Positions 46,533 through 55,391 of a stretch of DNA of 64,000 nucleotides are shown one piece after another; positions within the stretch are counted from its first letter, which is position 1; every line of letters begins with the position of its first letter. The DNA is taken from the NCBI GenBank assembly GCA_937876865.1, contig CALEFF010000040.1:231-64230 (forward strand). The letters are read 5' to 3'. Made by a program: the position numbers and the translations under genes. The notes under the pieces are model-generated. The model did no database searches, was not told where the DNA came from, and was given only the letters and a program-made list of their open reading frames with translations. Source of the stretch: an uncultured Bacteroidales bacterium. Lineage in GTDB: Bacteria; Bacteroidota; Bacteroidia; Bacteroidales; P3.

Positions 46533-47816
46533 TTGAAACTTATGACAAGACAAGAAAGCATAAAAACTTTAATGCAAGAAAACATTGTTTTGGCAGTTGG
46601 TTGCACCGAACCTGTTGCAGTAGCGTTAGCAGTTGCAAAGGCAAAGGAAATAATAGGAGAAGATGTTGATAGAATAGAGATGAATCTATCTAAAAACATT
46701 ATCAAAAACGCTATGGGAGTTGGAATTCCTGGCACAGGAATGATTGGACTTCCTATTGCAATTTCCTTAGGTGTTGTTTGTGGAGATAGTAGCAAGGAAT
46801 TGCAAGTGCTTGACAATGCAAAGGACAATGTAGAAAAAGCAAAAGAATGGTTATCTTCTCATGAAATAAAAATAGATATTGCAAAAACAAGCGAAAAACT
46901 CTACATAGAATGTCGTTGCTATGGAAGAGAAAACTATTCAAAGGTAATAATTGCTCAAAATCACCTAAATTTCATTCACATTCAAGAAGGAGAAAACGTA
47001 ATCTTACACAAAGAATTAGAAAAAGAAACTACAAGTCAAAATAACACTAACACCTTTGTAGTAGATACACTTTGTGCACAAGAAATCTTTGACTACGCTA
47101 CAAAAACTGATATAAACTTTTTAGAATGGATTTATCAAACAGTTGAAATCAACGACAAAATAGGACAAGAGGGATTAACAAATGACTATGGTTTAGGTAT
47201 TGGCAAACAACTAAACAAAATAGCACAAGGAGATATTAGAAAACAAGTTATTGCCAAGTCTTGTGCTGCATCGGATGCAAGAATGGACGGAGCAACTCTT
47301 GCAGTTTATTCAAATTCAGGTAGCGGAAATCAAGGATTAACTTGCACTCTACCTGTATATGAATACGGAAGACTTACCAATAAAACAAAAGAAGAAATTA
47401 TTCGTGCCTTGACTCTTTCTCATCTTATGTCTATTTACATAAAGAATAAGATTGGACGCTTATCTGCTCTTTGTGGAATAGTAAACGCTTCAATGGGAGC
47501 AGCAGCAGGAATAACTCTTTTAAAAGGAGGTGGTATTTATCAAATGTGTTATGCAATTAGAAATATGATTAACACAATTACAGGTATGGCATGTGATGGT
47601 GCAAAACCAAGTTGTGCTTTAAAAGTATCTGCTGGACTAAATTCTGCTTTCGATTCCGTACTTTTGGCAATGAATGATAAAGTTGTTGATTCAACTGATG
47701 GAATTGCCGAAGGTTGTATTGACCGCTCTATTGAAAACTTAGGAAAAATTGGACGCTATGCTATGGACGAGGTAGATAATATGATATTAGACATCATGGT
47801 TCATAAAGAAAAATAA
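46533..47816 (+). CDS. UPF0597 / L-cysteine desulfidase-family protein (serine dehydratase alpha-like)
   Basis: This 427-aa protein has VGCTEPVAVALAVA at the N-terminus, then GSGNQGLT, and ACDGAKPSCALK near the C-terminus. Confidence 0.75.
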   Translation: MKLMTRQESIKTLMQENIVLAVGCTEPVAVALAVAKAKEIIGEDVDRIEMNLSKNIIKNAMGVGIPGTGMIGLPIAISLGVVCGDSSKELQVLDNAKDNVEKAKEWLSSHEIKIDIAKTSEKLYIECRCYGRENYSKVIIAQNHLNFIHIQEGENVILHKELEKETTSQNNTNTFVVDTLCAQEIFDYATKTDINFLEWIYQTVEINDKIGQEGLTNDYGLGIGKQLNKIAQGDIRKQVIAKSCAASDARMDGATLAVYSNSGSGNQGLTCTLPVYEYGRLTNKTKEEIIRALTLSHLMSIYIKNKIGRLSALCGIVNASMGAAAGITLLKGGGIYQMCYAIRNMINTITGMACDGAKPSCALKVSAGLNSAFDSVLLAMNDKVVDSTDGIAEGCIDRSIENLGKIGRYAMDEVDNMILDIMVHKEK

Positions 47817-47820
47817 AAAT

Positions 47821-47858
47821 AAAAAAAGCTAAGAAAATTAATTTCTTAGCTTTTTTTT
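47821..47858. terminator. Bidirectional intrinsic terminator between convergent UPF0597 gene and ssb
   Basis: The 12-bp stem AAAGCTAAGAAA / TTTCTTAGCTTT is flanked by an A-run and a T-run. Confidence 0.75.
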
Positions 47859-47867
47859 AAGTTTTTT

Positions 47868-48353
47868 TTAGAAAGGCAAATCGCCTAACTTGCTTAACTC
47901 TGTGTCTTCTGCAAGTATTTTTGATAAATTCATATCATTCTCCGATAATGGATAATTTTCTTCTATCAGTGTGTCGTATAATAAATCGGTGTTATTATCA
48001 TCTATGTTTGAATTTTGATGAGAATGCGAGCGATTTAAGATTTTGAAATTCTCTGCTACTATTTCAACTACTCTTTTCTTATTTCCTTCCTTATCTTCTC
48101 TTATTCTTGATTTTATTTTTCCCTCAACATAGAGATGAGTTCCTTTTTTTAAGAATTTTTCTGCAACTTCTGCCAATCCCCTCCAACATATAACGTTATG
48201 CCATTCAGTTTCTTCTATTTTCACTCCATCTTTAGTTTTATGAGTTTCAGTTGTTGCCAAAGAGAACGATGCCTTCTTTACTTGATCAAATGATATAATT
48301 TCTGGGTCCTTTCCCAAATTACCTATTAAAATAACCTTGTTTACTCCAATCAT
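47868..48353 (-). CDS. ssb: Single-stranded DNA-binding protein
   Basis: It has the OB-fold N-terminus MIGVNKVILIGNLGKDPE and the acidic tail ...LGDLPF. I moved the start because the longer ORF start lies upstream of the -7 box. Confidence 0.92.
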   Translation of the reverse strand: MIGVNKVILIGNLGKDPEIISFDQVKKASFSLATTETHKTKDGVKIEETEWHNVICWRGLAEVAEKFLKKGTHLYVEGKIKSRIREDKEGNKKRVVEIVAENFKILNRSHSHQNSNIDDNNTDLLYDTLIEENYPLSENDMNLSKILAEDTELSKLGDLPF

Positions 48354-48379
48354 AACTTTTTTCCTTTTTTTTATTTTTG

Positions 48380-48387
48380 CAAAGATA
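48380..48387 (-). promoter_or_regulatory. -7 promoter box TATCTTTG for ssb
   Basis: The minus-strand sequence TATCTTTG lies 27 nt upstream of the ATG at 48353. Confidence 0.45.
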
Positions 48388-48410
48388 CAATAAAGTTTCA
48401 ATATTTTTTT

Positions 48411-48418
48411 TATTTTTG
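48411..48418 (+). promoter_or_regulatory. -7 promoter box TATTTTTG for lysS
   Basis: The sequence matches TAnnTTTG and lies 28 nt upstream of the ATG at 48446. Confidence 0.45.
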
Positions 48419-48445
48419 CAGTTTAATCATAAAAAATATAATTGT

Positions 48446-49957
48446 ATGAGTTTGGAATTAAGTGAACAAGAATTGCTAAGAAGAGAAGCAACAGTGAAAA
48501 TGAGAGAATTAGGTATAGAACCTTATCCTGCTGCCTTATATGAAGTTAATGCTAAAACAAAAGAAATATTAGAAGAATTTCCAAAAGACAATACACTATT
48601 TCAAGAAGTAAGTATAGCAGGTAGAATAATGAGTAGAAGAATTATGGGTGCTGCTTCTTTTGTAGTTATTCAAGATTCTTGGGGAAAAATACAATTGTAT
48701 GTAAAAAGAGATGAAATATGTCCTGGGGAAGATAAAACAATGTATAACACTGTTTTCAAGAAACTTTTGGATATAGGAGATATAATTGGAGTAAAAGGAT
48801 ATGTATTCATTACTCAAATGGGAGAGATTTCAATTCACGTAAAAGAACTAACAGTATTGAGTAAGAGCGTAAAACCATTGCCTATTGTAAAAGAAAAAGA
48901 TGGAGTAGTTTACGATGCTTTCACCAATACAGAACAACGCTATCGTCAAAGATATTTAGATTTGATTGTTAATCCTGAGGTTAAAGAAGTATTTGTAAAA
49001 AGAACTAAAATACTAAATACTATAAGAGATTTCTTCAATTCATTCGGTTACATAGAAGTAGAAACCCCTGTACTGCAATCTATTCCAGGAGGTGCTGCTG
49101 CACGACCATTTATCACACATCACAACACGCTTGACATACCTTTATACCTTAGAATTGCCAATGAATTATATTTAAAAAGACTAATAGTTGGAGGATTTGA
49201 AGGAGTATATGAATTTTCAAGGAACTTCCGTAACGAAGGAATGGATAGAACACACAATCCTGAATTTACGTGTTTGGAAATCTACGTTGCTTATAAGGAT
49301 TACTTTTGGATGATGGATTTCACTGAACAAATGATAGAAAAAGTTGCACTCTCTCTTCATGGACAAACAAAAGTGCAATTAGGAGACAAGGAAATAGATT
49401 TCAAGCGTCCATTTGCAAGAGTAAGCATGCGTGATGCCATAAAAGAACATACAGGATATGACATCTACACAATGGAAGAAGAAGATTTAAGAAACGCTTG
49501 TAAAGAAATGGGTATAGAAGTAGATGCCTCAATGGGTAAAGGGAAACTAATAGACGAAATATTTGGAGAAAAATGTGAACATCACTACGTTCAACCTACA
49601 TTCATCTATGACTATCCAAAAGAAATGTCTCCTTTAACTAAAAAACATAGAAATATAGAGGGATTAACTGAAAGATTTGAATTATTTGTTAATGGAAAAG
49701 AATTAGCAAATGCTTACAGTGAACTAAATGACCCTATAGACCAATTGGAAAGATTCCAAGACCAATTGAAACTACAAGAAAGAGGAGATGATGAGGCGAT
49801 GTATATTGACTATGACTTCGTAAGAGCGTTGGAATATGGTATGCCTCCTACCTCAGGAATGGGAATAGGAATAGATAGACTATGTATGTTTATGACCAAT
49901 TCACCATCTATTCAAGACGTGCTTTTGTTCCCTCAAATGAAACCTGAAAACAAATAA
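48446..49957 (+). CDS. lysS: Lysine--tRNA ligase (class II)
   Basis: It has RYRQRYLDL, FRNEGMDRTHNPEFT and GMGIGIDRL. The start is set at the MSLELSEQE methionine, downstream of the promoter box. Confidence 0.95.
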   Translation: MSLELSEQELLRREATVKMRELGIEPYPAALYEVNAKTKEILEEFPKDNTLFQEVSIAGRIMSRRIMGAASFVVIQDSWGKIQLYVKRDEICPGEDKTMYNTVFKKLLDIGDIIGVKGYVFITQMGEISIHVKELTVLSKSVKPLPIVKEKDGVVYDAFTNTEQRYRQRYLDLIVNPEVKEVFVKRTKILNTIRDFFNSFGYIEVETPVLQSIPGGAAARPFITHHNTLDIPLYLRIANELYLKRLIVGGFEGVYEFSRNFRNEGMDRTHNPEFTCLEIYVAYKDYFWMMDFTEQMIEKVALSLHGQTKVQLGDKEIDFKRPFARVSMRDAIKEHTGYDIYTMEEEDLRNACKEMGIEVDASMGKGKLIDEIFGEKCEHHYVQPTFIYDYPKEMSPLTKKHRNIEGLTERFELFVNGKELANAYSELNDPIDQLERFQDQLKLQERGDDEAMYIDYDFVRALEYGMPPTSGMGIGIDRLCMFMTNSPSIQDVLLFPQMKPENK

Positions 49958-49958
49958 A

Positions 49959-51536
49959 GTGAAAAAAACAAATAGAACTCTTTTAATAATATTCCTTTCA
50001 TTGTTGTTGATAATGGTAGTAATGGATTTATTTCTACCAAAGGTTAATTCTATATCTTTATCTTCTGAAAACAAATTAGGTTATGTAGTAGATTTAATCA
50101 AAAATCAATACGTAGATGAAGTAAATATTGATTCCTTGCAAGATGAGGCGATAAGAAACTTTTTAGATGTACTTGACCCTCATTCAGTTTATTTGACAAA
50201 AGAAGAAATTGCCAAAGAAAACGAAGGATTGCAAGGTAATTTCGATGGCATAGGAGTTCAATTTCGTATAATAGAAGACACGATAGTAGTAGTCCAACCC
50301 ATAGTTGGAGGACCATCTGCCAAAGCAGGTATAATGGCAGGAGATAGAATAGTTAAGGTAAACGACTCGGTTGTATGTGGCAAAAATATCACAAACGAAG
50401 ATGTATTTAAACTCCTAAAAGGCAAAAGAGGAACGAAAGTAAAATTAGCGATAAAACGTTCTGATAGCGAAAAACTATTGCATTTCACCATAAAAAGAGA
50501 TGAAATACCTATACATAGCGTTGAATATAGCGGAATGATAAACGCAAAGATTGGGTATATCAAACTCTCACAATTCTCTGCCTCTTCACATAAAGAAGTC
50601 TATCAAGCGTTAATAGACTTAAAAGAAAAAGGAATGCAAGAGTTAATCTTCGACCTAAGAGGAAATGGAGGAGGTTATCTTGATGCAGCGATAAACATAG
50701 CAGATGAATTTCTACCTGAGGGCGATTTAATAGTATTTACACAAGGAAGAGCAAAAGGACGTCAAGACTATTATGCATCGAAAAAAGGTAACTTTGAAAA
50801 AGGGAAATTAATAGTACTTATAGACGAAGTTTCCGCCTCTGCTTCTGAAATAGTAGCAGGAGCATTGCAAGACAACGATAGAGCAACTATTGTAGGAAGA
50901 CGCACCTTTGGGAAAGGACTTGTTCAAGAACAAAAACAAATGCTTGACGGAAGTGTAGTTCGCCTAACAGTTTCAAGATACCATACTCCAAGTGGTAGAT
51001 GTATTCAACGCCCTTACACAATGGGAGATAACGAAAAGTACTACATTGATTTTATATCTCGATACGAAGAAATGGAAAAAAACACCGACACTATTTCTCA
51101 CGCTGATAGTCTAAAATATAAAACAAAAAAAGGAAGAATAGTCTATGGCGGAGGAGGAATAGAACCTGACAAAGAACTATCGTATAACCTATATAAAAGA
51201 AGTGAGAGTTATTCCCTTTTAATAAGAAAAGGATTAATATACAAATACTGCTTTGACTACCTTGATAAACACAGAAATGAGTTTACACAATTTACAAGTG
51301 GAGATAAATTCATAAATGAGTTTACCGTTAGCGAAAAGATGTATAAGGAAATGTTAAACTTTGCACAAACTGAGGGCGTAAACACTTCTTCTATTAGTGA
51401 AAAAGAGAAAAAAGAAATAAAACTATTGATCAAATCATATTTTGCACAAAACATCTATGGAGATGAATATTTCTATAAACTCTATCTTCAAATAGATGAT
51501 GATGTACAGAAAGTATTAAAAACAAAAGAGTTATGA
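49959..51536 (+). CDS. S41-family C-terminal processing peptidase
   Basis: After an N-terminal anchor it has a PDZ region (GGPSAKAGIMAGDRIVKVN), the catalytic Ser block VSASASEIVAGALQD, and the Lys block TFGKGLVQ. It appears to use a GTG start at 49959. Confidence 0.88.
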   Translation: MKKTNRTLLIIFLSLLLIMVVMDLFLPKVNSISLSSENKLGYVVDLIKNQYVDEVNIDSLQDEAIRNFLDVLDPHSVYLTKEEIAKENEGLQGNFDGIGVQFRIIEDTIVVVQPIVGGPSAKAGIMAGDRIVKVNDSVVCGKNITNEDVFKLLKGKRGTKVKLAIKRSDSEKLLHFTIKRDEIPIHSVEYSGMINAKIGYIKLSQFSASSHKEVYQALIDLKEKGMQELIFDLRGNGGGYLDAAINIADEFLPEGDLIVFTQGRAKGRQDYYASKKGNFEKGKLIVLIDEVSASASEIVAGALQDNDRATIVGRRTFGKGLVQEQKQMLDGSVVRLTVSRYHTPSGRCIQRPYTMGDNEKYYIDFISRYEEMEKNTDTISHADSLKYKTKKGRIVYGGGGIEPDKELSYNLYKRSESYSLLIRKGLIYKYCFDYLDKHRNEFTQFTSGDKFINEFTVSEKMYKEMLNFAQTEGVNTSSISEKEKKEIKLLIKSYFAQNIYGDEYFYKLYLQIDDDVQKVLKTKEL

Positions 51537-52699
51537 GTACAGATAAATATACATTAAGAGGAGTATCTGCTGCAAAAGAAGACGTACACAACGCAATTAA
51601 AAACATAGACAAAGGATTATTCCCCAAAGCATTTTGTAAGGTAGTACCCGATATACTTTCAGGCGATGAAAACTATTGCATAGTAATGCATGCCGATGGA
51701 GCAGGAACAAAATCCTCACTTGCTTACGCCTATTGGAAAGAAACAGGAGATATGAGCGTTTGGAAAGGCATAGCAATTGATTCAATAGTAATGAATATTG
51801 ACGACTTACTTTGCGTAGGAATAACCGATAACATACTACTTTCCTCTACCATAGGAAGAAATAAACAACTAATTCCAGGAGAAGTAATCTCAGAAATTAT
51901 AGGCGGAACAGAAGAGTTCTTAAAACAAATGAGAGAACTTGGAGTAGGCATTTACTCTACAGGAGGAGAAACAGCAGATGTTGGAGATTTAGTAAGAACA
52001 ATTATTGTTGATAGCACCGTTACTGCAAGAGCGAAAAGAGAAGATATAATAAATAATGATAATATAAAACCAGGCAATGTAATAGTAGGACTTGCAAGTT
52101 TTGGAAAAGCAACTTACGAAGAAGAATACAACGGAGGTATGGGTAGTAATGGACTAACTTCTGCTCGCCACGATGTATTCTCAAAAACAGTTGGAGAAAA
52201 ATACCCTGAAACTTTTGACTCCTCATTACCAAAAGAAGTTGTCTATTGTGGAGGATTAAATCTTACTGACCCAAGCACAGTAGAGGGAATAAGTGCAGGA
52301 AAACTTGTACTCTCTCCTACAAGAACTTACGCTCCAATTATTGCTAAAATCTTAAAAAAATACCGTAAAAAAATAGATGGAATGATTCACTGCAGTGGAG
52401 GAGCACAAACAAAAGTACTTCACTTCCTTAACGATGGATGTAAAGTAATAAAAGATAATCTATTCCCTACTGCTGAGTTGTTTGAAATGATACAACAACA
52501 AAGTAAAACAGATTGGAAGGAAATGTATAAAGTCTTTAACATGGGACATCGTATGGAAATCTACACCGATGAAGACACTGCGAAAGAAATAATAAAAATC
52601 TCACAAGACTTTGGCGTAGAGGCACAAATAGTAGGAAGAGTAGAAGAGGGTGAAAAGAGCGTAGAAATCCACTCACCATACGGATTATTCACATACTAA
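51533..52699 (+). CDS. purM: AIR synthase-family protein (phosphoribosylformylglycinamidine cyclo-ligase, long Bacteroidota form)
   Basis: It has HADGAGTK and the N- and C-terminal domain pattern of PurM-like proteins. The start overlaps the upstream stop (ATGA). Confidence 0.75.
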   Translation: MSTDKYTLRGVSAAKEDVHNAIKNIDKGLFPKAFCKVVPDILSGDENYCIVMHADGAGTKSSLAYAYWKETGDMSVWKGIAIDSIVMNIDDLLCVGITDNILLSSTIGRNKQLIPGEVISEIIGGTEEFLKQMRELGVGIYSTGGETADVGDLVRTIIVDSTVTARAKREDIINNDNIKPGNVIVGLASFGKATYEEEYNGGMGSNGLTSARHDVFSKTVGEKYPETFDSSLPKEVVYCGGLNLTDPSTVEGISAGKLVLSPTRTYAPIIAKILKKYRKKIDGMIHCSGGAQTKVLHFLNDGCKVIKDNLFPTAELFEMIQQQSKTDWKEMYKVFNMGHRMEIYTDEDTAKEIIKISQDFGVEAQIVGRVEEGEKSVEIHSPYGLFTY

Positions 52700-53272
52700 A
52701 TGAAAATAGGTATATTAGTAAGTTGCTCAGTTGATGAATTTTCACCCCAAAGAGCAGAAACGCTTATAACATATTTGCTCTCCTTTGGCGTTGAGACTTA
52801 CCTATCTATGGAGCACACTTGTTGTGGACGATTACTCTATGAGGCAGGAGAGGAAAAAACTAAAAATCAACTACTTGAAAAAACAATTCAACTCTATAAA
52901 GAATGCACTTACATCATCTGCACCTGTTCACAATGCTGCAAATACCTGCGAAAAAACAAAAGTCTAAAAGAAAAAGTAATAACAATAGAAGAATTCTTAG
53001 AAATAAAAGGTAAAAAACTTAATCTTAACTCCCTACCCTTTAAAGTTTATCAAATAGAAGACTTTGGAAGTTTGGAAGTGATTTCTATTTCTAATCCTGT
53101 GGTTTGCAATGCCTTAATAGAAAGGGAAATAAATAAAGTAATAAAAAGTGGAATAAAATACGTTTACGTAAAAGATGAAAATTACTACCAACTATTTGAC
53201 AACTACATTAAAAAAAATAAAATTGATTTAAAAATCTTTCATTTAATTGATTTACTCTCCTATGCAAAATAA
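52700..53272 (+). CDS. Cysteine-rich CCG-domain (Fe-S)-binding protein, LutA/GlpC-like
   Basis: The N-terminus KIGILVSCSVDEF...TCCGRLLYEAG matches the CCG-domain pattern. The protein is 190 aa long. Confidence 0.55.
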   Translation: MKIGILVSCSVDEFSPQRAETLITYLLSFGVETYLSMEHTCCGRLLYEAGEEKTKNQLLEKTIQLYKECTYIICTCSQCCKYLRKNKSLKEKVITIEEFLEIKGKKLNLNSLPFKVYQIEDFGSLEVISISNPVVCNALIEREINKVIKSGIKYVYVKDENYYQLFDNYIKKNKIDLKIFHLIDLLSYAK

Positions 53273-54209
53273 CTATCCTTGGCATCACTCACGCCCCTTT
53301 AACGCTTATTCCAACTATTTTAAACAAAAATATGGTGAGCGTTTACAAAAACTCTCCATTGATGCGGGTTTTTCTTGTCCAAATCGTGATGGAAAAATAT
53401 CTTTTGGAGGATGTAGTTTTTGTGATAACAACGCCTTTAACCCCTCCTATTGCTCGAAGAAAACTATTTTACAGCAAATAGAAGAAGGAATTAGTTTTCA
53501 TTCGTGGAGATATAAAAACGTTAAAAACTATCTTGCTTATTTTCAAGCATATAGTAATACTTACGCACCCCTTGATGTATTAAAAAAAAGATACGAAGAA
53601 GCACTCTCTCACCCAAATATAATAGGTTTAGTAATTGGCACACGCCCCGATTGCGTTGATAACCAAGCACTTGATTACCTACAAGAGGTTAGCGAAAAAC
53701 ATATAATTATACTTGAATTTGGAATAGAAAGTTGTTATAATCAAACACTTAAGAGAATAAATCGTGGTCATAGTTTTGAGCAAAGCGTGTGGGCGATAGA
53801 AGAAAGTGCTAAGCGGGGAATAACCACAGGAGGTCATTTAATCTTTCAACTACCAGGTGAAACGAAAGAAATGATGCTTGATGAAGCGAAAATACTTAGC
53901 GAATTACCACTGCATTCAATTAAATTTCACCAACTTATACTTGTAAAAAACACCCCTATCATTAAAGATTGGAAAGAAAATCCTCAGGACTTTATTTTTA
54001 TGCAATTTGATGAATATAAGGAGTTTATGATAGATTTCTTAGAAAGACTCTCACCACACATAGTAATAGAAAGGTTTGCAGGTGAGGTGCCTCCGAGATT
54101 TCAAGAAGTGGAAAGTAATTGGCATTTGCTTAGAAATGAGACACTTGTACAAAAAATAGAGGAAAGAATGATAGAGCGAAACACCTATCAAGGAAGACTT
54201 TTTAAATAA
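53247..54209 (+). CDS. TIGR01212-family radical SAM protein (YhcC-like)
   Basis: It has the cluster motif FSCPNRDGKISFGGCSFCDN. The start may instead be the MQNNYPW methionine at 53262. Confidence 0.8.
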   Translation: MIYSPMQNNYPWHHSRPFNAYSNYFKQKYGERLQKLSIDAGFSCPNRDGKISFGGCSFCDNNAFNPSYCSKKTILQQIEEGISFHSWRYKNVKNYLAYFQAYSNTYAPLDVLKKRYEEALSHPNIIGLVIGTRPDCVDNQALDYLQEVSEKHIIILEFGIESCYNQTLKRINRGHSFEQSVWAIEESAKRGITTGGHLIFQLPGETKEMMLDEAKILSELPLHSIKFHQLILVKNTPIIKDWKENPQDFIFMQFDEYKEFMIDFLERLSPHIVIERFAGEVPPRFQEVESNWHLLRNETLVQKIEERMIERNTYQGRLFK

Positions 54210-54231
54210 AAAAACTACGCCTTTATTTTTT

Positions 54232-54265
54232 CTTTGATTTTTAAAAAAAAAGCAAAGTTTTTTTT
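54232..54265 (+). terminator. AT-rich intrinsic terminator of the TTCTTTGATTT/AAAGCAAAG family
   Basis: CTTTGATTTTT (54232-54242) pairs with AAAAAGCAAAG (54247-54257) at 10 of 11 positions with a 4-nt loop, followed by T8. Confidence 0.55.
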
Positions 54266-54315
54266 AATTTTTTCTTTGATTTTTTTCAAAAAAACATTGT
54301 TTTATTTTTTTGATG

Positions 54316-54323
54316 TATTTTTG
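54316..54323 (+). promoter_or_regulatory. -7 promoter box TATTTTTG for rlmN
   Basis: The sequence matches TAnnTTTG and lies 17 nt upstream of the ATG at 54340. Confidence 0.45.
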
Positions 54324-54339
54324 CAGAAATTACATAATA

Positions 54340-55374
54340 ATGAAAGATAAACTTTATGGAAAAACTTTGCAGGAATTAGAGGTGATTTGCACTCAACTTT
54401 CACTTGCGAAGTTCACTGCTAAGCAAATAGCAGATTGGTTATATAAAAAGGAAATTTCCTCAATTAAACAAATGTCTAACCTTTCTTTGAGGGCAAGAGC
54501 GGCATTGGAGGATATATTCGATTTTGGTCTTACGTCTTATAGGGAGAAAGTTGTGTCAAAGGACGGAACTAAGAAATATCTCTTTGAATATGAGGGTAAT
54601 GCGTGGGTAGAGGCAGTTATGATTCCCGATAAGGAGCGTTATACTCTTTGTGTAAGTACTCAAGTGGGGTGCAGAATGAATTGTCAGTTTTGTGCGACCG
54701 GTAAGCAGGGGTTAAAGCGTAATCTTACTACTAACGAAATTCTTAATATAATAAGGAGTATCGATGAGTTTTCTCTCTTAACTAATGTGGTGTACATGGG
54801 AATGGGGGAACCTTTGGACAATTATGATAATCTAATGCGTTCACTTGAGGTTTTAACTTCAAAATGGGGCATGGCATGGAGTGGAAAGCGTATAACGGTT
54901 AGCACTTGTGGTTTCTTACCTAAGTTAAAGGATTTTCTCAACTCGACTAATGTTCATCTTGCTATTAGTTTACATAATATCATTCCAAGCGAGCGAGCAG
55001 AGATTATGCCTATAGAGAAAGCGTATAAGATAGAAGATGTCATTGAGTTGTTAAAGCAGTATGATTGGAGTGGTCAAAGACGCTTAACTTTTGAGTATAT
55101 TGTGTTTAAAAATCTTAATGATAAACCTCGTCATATTCTTTCGCTTGCAAAGGAACTTGGGGAGTTGGAGTGTAGGGTAAATCTTATTCGTTTTCACTCT
55201 ATTCCTAATACTATTTTTCAATCTGCTGAGCAAGAGGATATGATTAAATTTAGAGATATTCTTTCTTCCAAAGGAATAACTACTACTATTCGTGCTTCAA
55301 GGGGTGAGGATATTTTAGCGGCATGTGGTTTGCTTAGTACGAAAAAATTATTATCTTTGCCTGTTAAAAACTAA
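54340..55374 (+). CDS. rlmN: 23S rRNA (adenine2503-C2)-methyltransferase, radical SAM
   Basis: It has the cluster motif GCRMNCQFCATG, the block MGMGEPLDN, and the conserved C-terminal Cys region ILAACG. The start is set downstream of the promoter box. Confidence 0.92.
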   Translation: MKDKLYGKTLQELEVICTQLSLAKFTAKQIADWLYKKEISSIKQMSNLSLRARAALEDIFDFGLTSYREKVVSKDGTKKYLFEYEGNAWVEAVMIPDKERYTLCVSTQVGCRMNCQFCATGKQGLKRNLTTNEILNIIRSIDEFSLLTNVVYMGMGEPLDNYDNLMRSLEVLTSKWGMAWSGKRITVSTCGFLPKLKDFLNSTNVHLAISLHNIIPSERAEIMPIEKAYKIEDVIELLKQYDWSGQRRLTFEYIVFKNLNDKPRHILSLAKELGELECRVNLIRFHSIPNTIFQSAEQEDMIKFRDILSSKGITTTIRASRGEDILAACGLLSTKKLLSLPVKN

Positions 55375-55391
55375 TGAAATTTATTTAATTT

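Noticed and set aside
48372-48387. The sequence TATTTTTGCAAAGATA contains face-to-face overlapping -7 boxes on both strands in the ssb/lysS divergent region.
   Set aside because: The second plus-strand box at 48411-48418 is better placed for lysS. The overlap is most simply a consequence of the near-palindromic TAnnTTTG/CAAAnnTA consensus.
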